A DNA stretch of 64,000 nucleotides from a virus. Where the stretch lies: positions 1 to 64,000 of IMG/VR virus record IMGVR_UViG_3300047160_018755. The stretch is one strand, 5' to 3'. A program made the position numbers and the translations under genes. The notes beneath the pieces were generated by a model. That model was not told where the DNA came from. It saw only the letters and a list, made by a program, of their open reading frames with translations, and made no database searches. Positions 54,800-62,990 of the stretch are shown here, piece after piece (positions within the stretch are counted from its first letter, which is position 1; each line of letters begins with the position of its first letter).

Positions 54800-55503
54800 G
54801 GCTGGGCCTCCGCGGTGGAACGCAGGAAGTCGATGACGTCCTGCTTGGTGGTTTCGGGCTTGTCGTTCCAATACCCGATCTCGCCGCGGAACTCGGGCTT
54901 GGCGTCGTAGAGGGCGTCGCAGGCGTTGCACTCGGCGGTGTAGGCCGCGTTGGAGCGGATGCCATCGTCGCGGACGATGTTGTCGAGCCCCAGCTCCTTG
55001 ATGGCGATCGAGACCGCCCCCAGCGTGCAGCAGGCGTACGGGGTGTTGTCGAGGTGACGAAGCGTCATCAGACCCTTGCAGTGGTCGAGGCGCTCCGCCA
55101 CTTCGGCGGCCTTCAGCAGGACTTCTTTGGTCGTGGGCATGGGGGTCCTTTCAGACGATGAGGTTGGGGAGGGCGGACTTGTGGGAGGATCGTACTTCTC
55201 CCGGAGGTTGGCGCCCAGCTTCCAGGCTTCCTCGCCTTCCCCGTACCGGCGGTTGCCGTCGAAGCCCTCCGTGATCCTCCAGACGTCGGAGACCTCGATG
55301 CCCAAGATCTCGGCCGCGGCCCCGAGGGAGTCGGCCTCCCGGTAGCGCGGGCCCATCACCATCGTGATCGGGCAGCACTTGGCGCCGGGCTCGTAGGCCC
55401 CGAAACACCCGTGCACCAAGATCGCCCCGAACTCCTTCCCGCGCTCGACCGCGGTCTCGATTTGGGCTTGCACCAACTTCCACTTTTCCGGCAGCTCGTT
55501 CAT
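54796..55503 (-). CDS. two-domain protein: Cys-motif paralogue member 4 fused to a CxLGA/WND-type domain (internal start 55140)
   Basis: KCCPITMV...AAEILGIE...EGFDG...LGANLR; Pro/Ser linker; RBS AAGGA + ATG 55140; CTLGAV...WNDKPETTKQDVIDFL. Confidence 0.65.
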   Translation of the reverse strand: MNELPEKWKLVQAQIETAVERGKEFGAILVHGCFGAYEPGAKCCPITMVMGPRYREADSLGAAAEILGIEVSDVWRITEGFDGNRRYGEGEEAWKLGANLREKYDPPTSPPSPTSSSERTPMPTTKEVLLKAAEVAERLDHCKGLMTLRHLDNTPYACCTLGAVSIAIKELGLDNIVRDDGIRSNAAYTAECNACDALYDAKPEFRGEIGYWNDKPETTKQDVIDFLRSTAEAQP

Positions 55504-55510
55504 GGATCTG

Positions 55511-55539
55511 ACCCTAACCGATCCGTGCGGAGAATGCAA
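55511..55539 (-). promoter_or_regulatory. sigma70-type leaderless promoter
   Basis: TTGCAT-17-TAGGGT-7-ATG(55503). Confidence 0.6.
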
Positions 55540-55671
55540 CCCTCTATTCTCCGCAAACCCGACAAAATTTTTTCCACACCCAGTGGGGCAAAATGCCCCA
55601 CTGCCCCAGCCTCGCTTCCGCTCGGCCCCGGGGCGTTTCTAGGCTTGACACCAATCTCAGGAGGTGAGAGG

Positions 55672-56001
55672 ATGTCCCACATGCACCTCGTCCCACCTTG
55701 CGAATACACCTGCCCGAGCTGCCACTCAGCCGCGACCATCCCGGCCGACCAGGCGAGGGTGTGGGTGCGCCGGGGAATGGTCTTCGACCCCGGGCCGCGC
55801 CCGACCTACGCCGCGGTGGCCTTCGGGGTCGCCTCGCTCTGGTTGCTCTTCGACTACCTGGCGCCAGGGTGGGTGTGGATCCTGGCTGCGCTCTTCTTCT
55901 TCGCCCGGCGGCGCCAAGAGCGCCAGCGTTGGGTCGAGGCCTTCGAGTCGGTGACGTGGACCTGGGTCTGCCAGTCCTGCCGGTGCACCTTCCGGCCGTA
56001 G
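55672..56001 (+). CDS. membrane protein with split Zn ribbon
   Basis: CPSC, two TM helices, CQSC; RBS AGGAGG; TTGACA at 55645. Confidence 0.65.
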   Translation: MSHMHLVPPCEYTCPSCHSAATIPADQARVWVRRGMVFDPGPRPTYAAVAFGVASLWLLFDYLAPGWVWILAALFFFARRRQERQRWVEAFESVTWTWVCQSCRCTFRP

Positions 56002-56014
56002 GCGATGCCCCGGG

Positions 56015-56209
56015 TTAGGCCCGGTGCACGATGATGACCCGCACCTTCCCCATCCAGGTGAAGGTCAAATCCCGATGCTTCCGGAGGTAGGTGTACACCT
56101 CCTTCCACGTCACGTACTGGCGCTCGCCCGACTCGTGGACCACCATCCACCGGTCCTCCTGGACGAAGGGGCTGAATCCTTCCTCTCCCACGGGTTTCTC
56201 CTTGCCCAT
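56015..56209 (-). CDS. hypothetical protein
   Basis: 64-aa ORF with plausible composition. Confidence 0.5.
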   Translation of the reverse strand: MGKEKPVGEEGFSPFVQEDRWMVVHESGERQYVTWKEVYTYLRKHRDLTFTWMGKVRVIIVHRA

Positions 56210-57338
56210 GGGGTGAAGTGTGGGGCCGGGGCGGTGCCGGGCGGACCCTTCATTTTGCGCGGAGCGCGCGAATATTTGGTCCGGATCCGCACCCGGTGGG
56301 CCCCTGGATGGGACCCTAGAATGTCCGGATGACCCCCGGGTGTAACCACGTACGGCCCCTGGGCTTCCCGCGGACCATGGCGCGCCTGATGTCCGGATCG
56401 ATGTCCGGTTGGGTCCGGCTGGCGCACGGGGTGGGGTCTGGAGTCACCGTGGCATTTTGCTACAATGCGTGCGTGATGTAGGTCGACCGTACGGATCCGC
56501 CCCCGGGCCGCGCGACGCGATGCGTCACGGGTCGGACCCCCGGGGTAGTACTAGGCTGGCATGGCCCTTGCATGGCTGGCGCTTGGCACGCGGCTTGCAT
56601 GTGCGCGAGATTGCAGCGCAATCGCAGCGGGTCACGCGTGTGTCGCGCGTAAGCGCGCGTAACGCATAGGGAAAACGCGGGAGGCCAGCGTATTTTTGAT
56701 ACGCTGGCCCGGATCGACGCGATGCAGTGGCTAGGGGCGGCATTGGCACGCCTTTTGCTTGGCCGGTCGCTTACGCGACGCGGTATCGTTTGGCCCGTTT
56801 TTTGCCCGTTTTGCCGCTACGCGGCGATCTGGGCTTTTGGCACGTTAGGTGCTACGGGGCGCTAGCTGCATTGCGTCGAATCTGCGATGGGTGCCTTTGC
56901 TGGGGTTGCCTGGGAACATGCCCGCGAGACTGCGCCGCCTTGCGTGTGAGGGGTTTTCGGGTCGGGTCGGGAGGTCCGGGCGAACCCACCTTGACGCGGC
57001 GCTTATGCGTTCCTAGGCCATGGCATGAAGATTGCTTGTTGGGGCAAAATGCCACGTTGTCTGTGAGGCAACAGGTGTTGTCTCGTTTCGGTACAGGTGT
57101 CGGATTTCTGTACGTTGCGGATCTGTACATGTTGCGTGTGAGGCAACAGGCGATCTATGTGATATCATTGGGGATCGGCGAATGTCACAAAACTCTGCCG
57201 ATCTGCGTCGAGCTCTAAGTGTGCGAAACCATTGGCTGGCACGGAAAGTGGATATAGGCTGGGGCACACACGAGACCGCCCGAAAGGCCGCGAAGGCCGG
57301 CCGAAACGGGCACAAACCGAAACGTAAGGAGGCCCACA

Positions 57339-57533
57339 ATGTTCACCTCAGTCGTTGCCCTGGTCGTCACCCTGGTTCTCGGCGCGCAGAGCGCCCCCGC
57401 CAAGTCGCCGCACGTGGTGTGCGAGACCTACGCGCCCAACGCGGAGCGCATCACCATCACGGTGTGCAACGGCCACGTGACCGACGCGTGCGACGACAGC
57501 GACCACTGCACGAGCGACGACGCGGCGCGCTAG
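57339..57533 (+). CDS. small secreted Cys-containing protein
   Basis: RBS GTAAGGAGG; signal peptide; 4 Cys. Confidence 0.65.
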   Translation: MFTSVVALVVTLVLGAQSAPAKSPHVVCETYAPNAERITITVCNGHVTDACDDSDHCTSDDAAR

Positions 57534-57614
57534 GGTTGCCCGACGCTTCCGACCTGGTAGCAGGTCGGCGGCGACGGGGAATCAATCGCCCAACGCAACG
57601 TAAGGAGGCCCACA

Positions 57615-57839
57615 GTGTTCGAGACCCTGTACCGCAAAGCGTCAGACGCCGACATGGCGCTGCGCCGTCACGTGGTGCGCTGCGTCGAGTGCCAGTCTGG
57701 CCCGTGCAGCGACGCGTCGGACCTTTCGACGCAGGCCCACGTCGCGCAGCGTCAACTCGACCACGCGCGTCGTAGGGCGCACGAGGCCCGGGAAATCGCC
57801 CGCGAGGAGGCTTCCGAGCGCTCGCACCCGGTCGGCTGA
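57615..57839 (+). CDS. small Zn-binding protein
   Basis: RBS GTAAGGAGG; HVVRCVEC...C. Confidence 0.65.
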   Translation: MFETLYRKASDADMALRRHVVRCVECQSGPCSDASDLSTQAHVAQRQLDHARRRAHEAREIAREEASERSHPVG

Positions 57840-57880
57840 TTCACCGCATCAAAACCCAAACGAAACGTAAGGAGGCCCAC

Positions 57881-57997
57881 ATGTATTCCAACAGCATCAA
57901 CGACCTGTACAACGCACTGCACGAAATCCTGGTCGAGGACCGCGTCGCCCGTGGCTGGCCGCTGTGGTGCGCCATCGTCGACGTCGACACGCTCTAA
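57881..57997 (+). CDS. 38-aa peptide
   Basis: RBS GTAAGGAGG-CCCAC-ATG; MYSNSINDLYNALHEILVEDRVARGWPLWCAIVDVDTL. Confidence 0.55.
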   Translation: MYSNSINDLYNALHEILVEDRVARGWPLWCAIVDVDTL

Positions 57998-58397
57998 CGT
58001 AAGGGCGCATACATAGCACGGCTCATGCGATAGTGTCGCATGCATGAGCCGTGCCGAGGCTGATCTGCACGCGCCGAGCAGAGGGGAGCTCGTGGTGTGT
58101 TGTGTGTTGACGCAGGCCGTCAGCGTCAAGCTTCAGAGGCTCTGGGTTGGCACGATCGATGCATGCCCGAACATTTTGCGAGGTCTGACGCAGTGCCCAT
58201 GACGCACTGCGAACTATGCGGAATCATTCAATTGACGCGCTAACTGAGAATCGCGTCTAAGGCCCCTGGGAGCGCATAAGCAACGCGTCATCGGTTTTTG
58301 GCCATGTCGGGCCGTCCAGACCCCGAAACGTTGAACCTGAGCGATTGACGCGATGCGATTTTGCTGGGATGCGTCGAGGTGCTTGGCACGATCGATG

Positions 58398-58811
58398 CTA
58401 GGCGCCGAAAACTAGGCCGGCTGCGTCAAGTCGATGAATGGCATGAAACCTGCATACGAAACCCAGGTTCGCATCGCGGATTGGCACGGTGCGTTGACCG
58501 CCGAATCGCACTGCGTCACGATCGCGGGCGTTTTCTTGATGCGTCCCGGCGTAGAGGTGCGCGGGATTGACGCAGCCTTTCATGTCGCAGGTGTGACACA
58601 CGATTTTTCCGTGTGGTATCTCACCAAAAGCGATCGTGTAGGCCACGCGATGACGCAGGTACGCCTTCCCGTTAATTAGGAAGCTACCGTACTGATTTTC
58701 AGTCTCGCGACGATTGAACCAGCAGAGAAACGCACCGCGTCGAACGGTCGAGGCCTCGAATCGTTCAATGTCTGATCGCGTTAATTCTGGGATGGGCGAT
58801 GCATGTCGCAT
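58398..58811 (-). CDS. HNH endonuclease (HNH_3-like)
   Basis: YGSF...HRVAY...GEIP.G..VCHTCD..GCVNPAHL..GT..EN..D. Confidence 0.8.
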   Translation of the reverse strand: MRHASPIPELTRSDIERFEASTVRRGAFLCWFNRRETENQYGSFLINGKAYLRHRVAYTIAFGEIPHGKIVCHTCDMKGCVNPAHLYAGTHQENARDRDAVRFGGQRTVPIRDANLGFVCRFHAIHRLDAAGLVFGA

Positions 58812-59139
58812 GCCAATACTTCTATCGAATCTCCCAACGGTTTCGCATTTCTGGCATAAGTGGTGTGACGCAGAGCAATATCCCAGGAAATTGGGGGTGC
58901 GTAATTTCCGCGCACCCCGCGAAACGGGATATACAGGCTAAACCCGCGAAACTACACAAAACCGAATATTTTGGGGTGCGTCGATCGCTTCGCACCACGA
59001 TCCGCAACGCGTCAGATCGGCGCGAGACTTGCGGGGATCGGGTCGCGGCGAGGTTGGCACGTGGAATGCTAAACCCCTCGGTGGGCAAGCCCTGACGCGG
59101 GAGTCGAGGGCGCCCCGAAAACTGACGGCGAGGTGACCG

Positions 59140-60666
59140 ATGGAAAGTGAACGGAAGTGGTCGACGCAGCAGGGCGCGATTTTCGCGTGGCTGGCCGCAT
59201 GCCGCGTTGTGGCGACGGCGCTGCGCCACCTGGTGGTCCGTGCACGGGCAGGCACGGGCAAGACGACCACCATCCTGGAAGGCGTCAAGCGGGTGCCGAA
59301 GACGCTGCGCGTCATCGTCTGCGCGTTCAACACGCGTATCCGGAAGGAGCTTGTGACGCGGCTCGACAAGCTGCAAGCGCAGGGCGAGTGCCGCAACGTC
59401 GAGGCCCGCACGCTGCACAGCATCGGCCTCCTGTTCCTGGCCGGCGCGTGGGGCCGGCTCGACTCGGACCACAGCGCCGAGGTTGACCGCGACCGTGCAC
59501 GCGACGCGGCCGGCCACAACGCGCCCGACGAGGTCGTGACGCTGGTCGTCAAGCTGGCCTCGCTGGTCAAAAACGTGCTGCCGTTCGCTGGCCCGGAGCA
59601 GCTGGCCGACGTCGTCGCCCTGGCGCGTCAATTCGACCTGGAACCGTCCGACGAGGACGCCGAGGCCGGATGGACCGTGGAACGGCTCGCGCGGTGCGCT
59701 GGGAAGGCCGCCGACGCTGCGACCGAGCGCGACCCCAAGGGCCGTATCTCCTTCGACGACATGGTTTTCGTCCCCCTGGTCAACGGCTACGCTCGCCCGC
59801 GCTGGGACGTCGTAATCGTCGACGAGGCCCAGGACATGAACGCGGCGCAGCTTGCCCTGGCGCAGCGCGTGGTGACGCCCGGCGGCTCTATCGTGGTGGT
59901 CGGCGACGACAAGCAGGCGATTTACGGGTTTCGCGGCGCCGACGCGGGCAGTCTCGACCGGTTGAAGGCCGAGCTTTCGGCCGAGGAGCTTGGACTCACC
60001 GTGACGTACCGGTGCGGCAAGAAAATCGTCGAGGTGGCGCGGGCCCTGGTCCCGGACTTCACGGCGTACGAGGGCAACGCCGAGGGCATCGTCGACAGCA
60101 TCGCCACGCCGGCCATTTTCGAGCAGGCGCAGGTCGGGGACTTCGTCCTGTCGCGTAAGAACGCGCCGCTGTTGGCGCTGGCGCTGGGATTCATCAAGCG
60201 CGGCGTGCGGGCTCGCATCGAGGGGCGGGACATCGGCCGCATGCTGCGCAGCATCGTCGCCGGTCTCAAGGCGCGCACGGTCCCGGAGTACCTGACCAAG
60301 GCGCAGAAGTGGGGCGAGAAGGCGTCTAAGCGCTGCGCTCGCATCGAGTCCCCGGAGGTCCGGGAGGCCAAGCTGGCCGAGGTGGCCGACCAGGTCGAGG
60401 TGTTGGTCGCGCTGGCCGAGGGCGCGGCGAACGTCTCCGACATCCTGCTGCGCTGCGATACGCTCTTCGGCGACGACACGGGCGAGCCCCGCAAGCACGT
60501 CGTGCTCTCTTCGGTGCACAAGGCCAAGGGGCTTGAGGCGGACCGGGTCTTTATCCTCGCGGACACCGTGTCGACGCGGTCCGTCGAAGAGTCGAATATC
60601 TACTACGTCGCGGTGACGCGGGCCATCAAGCACCTCACGTGGGTGGTCGGCGAGGTCAAGAAGTAA
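59140..60666 (+). CDS. UvrD/Rep-type superfamily 1 helicase
   Basis: ARAGTGKTT, AFN, VDEAQD, VGDDKQAIYGFRGA, TYRC, VHKAKGLE, YVAVTRA; RBS GAGGTG. Confidence 0.9.
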   Translation: MESERKWSTQQGAIFAWLAACRVVATALRHLVVRARAGTGKTTTILEGVKRVPKTLRVIVCAFNTRIRKELVTRLDKLQAQGECRNVEARTLHSIGLLFLAGAWGRLDSDHSAEVDRDRARDAAGHNAPDEVVTLVVKLASLVKNVLPFAGPEQLADVVALARQFDLEPSDEDAEAGWTVERLARCAGKAADAATERDPKGRISFDDMVFVPLVNGYARPRWDVVIVDEAQDMNAAQLALAQRVVTPGGSIVVVGDDKQAIYGFRGADAGSLDRLKAELSAEELGLTVTYRCGKKIVEVARALVPDFTAYEGNAEGIVDSIATPAIFEQAQVGDFVLSRKNAPLLALALGFIKRGVRARIEGRDIGRMLRSIVAGLKARTVPEYLTKAQKWGEKASKRCARIESPEVREAKLAEVADQVEVLVALAEGAANVSDILLRCDTLFGDDTGEPRKHVVLSSVHKAKGLEADRVFILADTVSTRSVEESNIYYVAVTRAIKHLTWVVGEVKK

Positions 60667-60687
60667 CGTAAGCTGGAGTACATAAGT

Positions 60688-60716
60688 CGGCCCGGACAGC
60701 CGGGCCGCCTTTTGTA
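60688..60716 (+). terminator. intrinsic terminator
   Basis: CGGCCCGG-ACAG-CCGGGCCG then CCTTTTGT. Confidence 0.7.
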
Positions 60717-60741
60717 ACCCATCTCACAGGAGAAAACGAAC

Positions 60742-61116
60742 ATGGCCAAGCACAAGCGGCACAACTTCCGGGCGGTCGAGAAGTACCAGGCGCAGCTGCG
60801 CGACGCGCACCGTCAATTCAGCGCGAAGCGTCAGCTGTGGGAGGTCCTGGCCGAGGCCCGCCGCGTCATCCTCGACGAGGCGGCCGGCGTCCTGACGCAG
60901 TCGGACTACGGCGAGGTCAAGGGCTACGGGCGGGCGTGCTGGGATGCGTCGTGGGACACCCTGACCTGGCGGCTGGGCCACGAGGACGCCGCCGCGTCGC
61001 GCCCCGCGCGCACGCCGGCAGACGCTGGCGGCTGGGACTACTCCACGGGCGCGCCCACCTTCGGCGGGCACTTCCACCCGACGGGCGAGCTTGCAACCCA
61101 CTGGGCGAAACTGTAA
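60742..61116 (+). CDS. hypothetical protein
   Basis: 124 aa, RBS AGGAG. Confidence 0.7.
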   Translation: MAKHKRHNFRAVEKYQAQLRDAHRQFSAKRQLWEVLAEARRVILDEAAGVLTQSDYGEVKGYGRACWDASWDTLTWRLGHEDAAASRPARTPADAGGWDYSTGAPTFGGHFHPTGELATHWAKL

Positions 61117-61130
61117 GGAGGCACACGAAC

Positions 61131-61520
61131 ATGGCACACTTCGTCAACGTCCCCACCTCGGCGCTCTGCGCGCGTCTGGAGGCCGCCGGCTTTACCCGGG
61201 GTGTCCAGGGTCGGGAGGTGTTCTACGAACGCCGCCACGCGCACGAGAGCCGCCTTTCCGTGCGCGTCTACACGTCGGCCTCGGACGGCTCGACCGAGGC
61301 CCGCGACTGCGGCGACGACGCAATCCGCGTCATCGCCCAGTTTCAGTGGCGCCACGCGTCAGGCGAGGTGCGTCGGAAAAACCTGTTCAAGGCGAAGGTG
61401 CTCCGCGTCACGTCCGTGGAGGGCGTGCTGGAGCGCATGATCAACGCGGCGCGTGAAGGCTACGCGGCGTGCAACCAGTATCTCAAGACGAACATTCGTA
61501 AGGAGGGACACAATGTCTGA
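61131..61520 (+). CDS. hypothetical protein
   Basis: 129 aa, RBS GTAAGGAGG. Confidence 0.7.
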   Translation: MAHFVNVPTSALCARLEAAGFTRGVQGREVFYERRHAHESRLSVRVYTSASDGSTEARDCGDDAIRVIAQFQWRHASGEVRRKNLFKAKVLRVTSVEGVLERMINAAREGYAACNQYLKTNIRKEGHNV

Positions 61521-61713
61521 GTACGTTGTCATCGACGCGGCGGGCCGGTTCCTGGGCTACGGCCCCAAGGCCTGGCACGCGGAGTTCCCGGAGGCGCGCA
61601 CGTTCGAGGACCGCGCGAAGGCTCTCGCCGCCGCGCGTCACACGAAGACGCTGTGCGAGGTGGTCGAGGACTACGGCCTCGACACGCAGCGCAGCATCGA
61701 AACTGTCGGCTGA
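61513..61713 (+). CDS. hypothetical protein
   Basis: 66 aa, RBS GTAAGGAGG. Confidence 0.7.
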   Translation: MSEYVVIDAAGRFLGYGPKAWHAEFPEARTFEDRAKALAAARHTKTLCEVVEDYGLDTQRSIETVG

Positions 61714-61746
61714 AACAACAACGCAACGAAACGTAAGGAGGATCAC

Positions 61747-62298
61747 ATGTCCATCTCGAATGAAACCCGCATCCTGACCGAGCGCGCCATCGTCCGCGCC
61801 CTCATCGAGAACCTGGCCCGTGCAGGATTCGTGCCCGTCTGCGCTTGGAACGGCGACGAGTACGCGCCATGGGGCAAGCAACGCCGCGAGCTTCCGGAGT
61901 GCTTCGAGCCCCGGCCCCTGACCGTCGAGGAGGCGCTGGCCGAGGTGTTCAGCGTCGACGACAGCACGCTGCACTTCGCGCCGGCCGGCGACACGGCGGC
62001 CTGGGGGAACCTCGGCGTCTTCCTCGTGGGCGGCAACGGCAACGACATCATCAGCGACTACCACTGCGGCAACGCGTCATTCGCCAAGGCGGTCGACGAA
62101 ATTTGCCTCAACGTCGAGGACTTGCTGCGCGTCGACATCTCCCTGGCCGCCTTCGTGCCGTGCGAGGTGCGCGGCCCCAAGGGAGAGCAGTGCAGCCGGC
62201 CGCAGGGCCACGCGTACGAGCCCGACCCTCGCACGTACGGCGACCGCACGACGCTCTGCGGCGAGGTCCACACGAGCAAAGACCACGACCGCTGGTAG
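61747..62298 (+). CDS. hypothetical protein
   Basis: 183 aa, RBS GTAAGGAGG; C-terminal C..C...H..H Zn motif. Confidence 0.7.
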   Translation: MSISNETRILTERAIVRALIENLARAGFVPVCAWNGDEYAPWGKQRRELPECFEPRPLTVEEALAEVFSVDDSTLHFAPAGDTAAWGNLGVFLVGGNGNDIISDYHCGNASFAKAVDEICLNVEDLLRVDISLAAFVPCEVRGPKGEQCSRPQGHAYEPDPRTYGDRTTLCGEVHTSKDHDRW

Positions 62299-62388
62299 CA
62301 GCACCGCGTCAAGGGGCCGGCCCCTTGCCAGGTTCGAGGCCTGGTTGACGCACGAACCCGTGTCACAAACAAACGTAAGGAGGATCAC

Positions 62389-62604
62389 ATGACGAAGAAA
62401 GCGTATTGGGTTTGGTGGACGTACAGCGCGAACTACGGCGGCCCCAAGCGTGTCGAGGCGAACGACGCCGCGCACGCGGTGCAGGTGGCCGTGGGCTTCT
62501 ACAGCGACGACTTTCGCACGAAGGGGACCGCGTACGTGTCGACAGAGCGCCCGGAGGTGTTCCAGGGTGACCTGCTCGTGCGCGCGTGCAAGGAGGGTGC
62601 GTAG
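62389..62604 (+). CDS. hypothetical protein
   Basis: 71 aa, RBS GTAAGGAGG. Confidence 0.7.
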   Translation: MTKKAYWVWWTYSANYGGPKRVEANDAAHAVQVAVGFYSDDFRTKGTAYVSTERPEVFQGDLLVRACKEGA

Positions 62605-62746
62605 GGATCTACGCGGGCGTGTAACGCCCCACGCAGTCAAACCCGTGTTGACCGCGTAGGGCGCTACGCACCAAAGCTTGTAAGTCCTTGATTTCTGGTG
62701 CGGCAGTCGTTGGCACGATTCGTGGATATAGTCTGGGCAGGAGGGA

Positions 62747-62980
62747 ATGATGCAGAGGAAAATCGAGACGCAGACCGGTGACGTGGAGGCCTTCGAGGTG
62801 CAGAGCATCGAGGCGCGGCGCTCCCTGGTGCGGGTCTTCGACCACGACTCCGAGGAAACGCCCCTCATCACGGCGCGTCTTCTCCCCAGCGAGGCCATCA
62901 AGCTCGCGCGCGCCCTGCTCGACTCGGTCGACGTCGGCGTGAAGACGGGCAACCACACCACCTACACCTTCATCGATTGA
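62747..62980 (+). CDS. hypothetical protein
   Basis: 77 aa, RBS GGAGGG; TGGCACG-N4-GTGGATATAG site at 62711. Confidence 0.6.
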   Translation: MMQRKIETQTGDVEAFEVQSIEARRSLVRVFDHDSEETPLITARLLPSEAIKLARALLDSVDVGVKTGNHTTYTFID

Positions 62981-62990
62981 GGAGACCGCC

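Larger units (their letters stand above)
56557..59070 (+). promoter_or_regulatory. cluster of sigma54 (RpoN) -24/-12 consensus sites
   Basis: TGGCAYG-N4-NTGC at 56557, 56584, 56744, 56838, 57021, 58148, 58384, 58439, 59055; variants at 56791, 57237; minus-strand copies at 58041-58056 and 58800-58815. Confidence 0.7.

Noticed and set aside
55581-55603. CAGTGGGGC/GCCCCACTG hairpin between divergent promoters
   Set aside because: Real inverted repeat, but no U-tract or second copy; cannot assign terminator versus operator
57028-57034. Extra AAGATTG late-motif copy
   Set aside because: It is part of the sigma54-type site at 57021 (TGGCATG-AAGA-TTGC), and the ATG 6 nt away opens only Met-Ala-stop
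58822-60633. 603-aa minus-strand ORF (and similar 38538-40016, 41474-42745, 36594-37643)
   Set aside because: Antisense shadows of the helicase, vWA, TAXI and IMPDH genes
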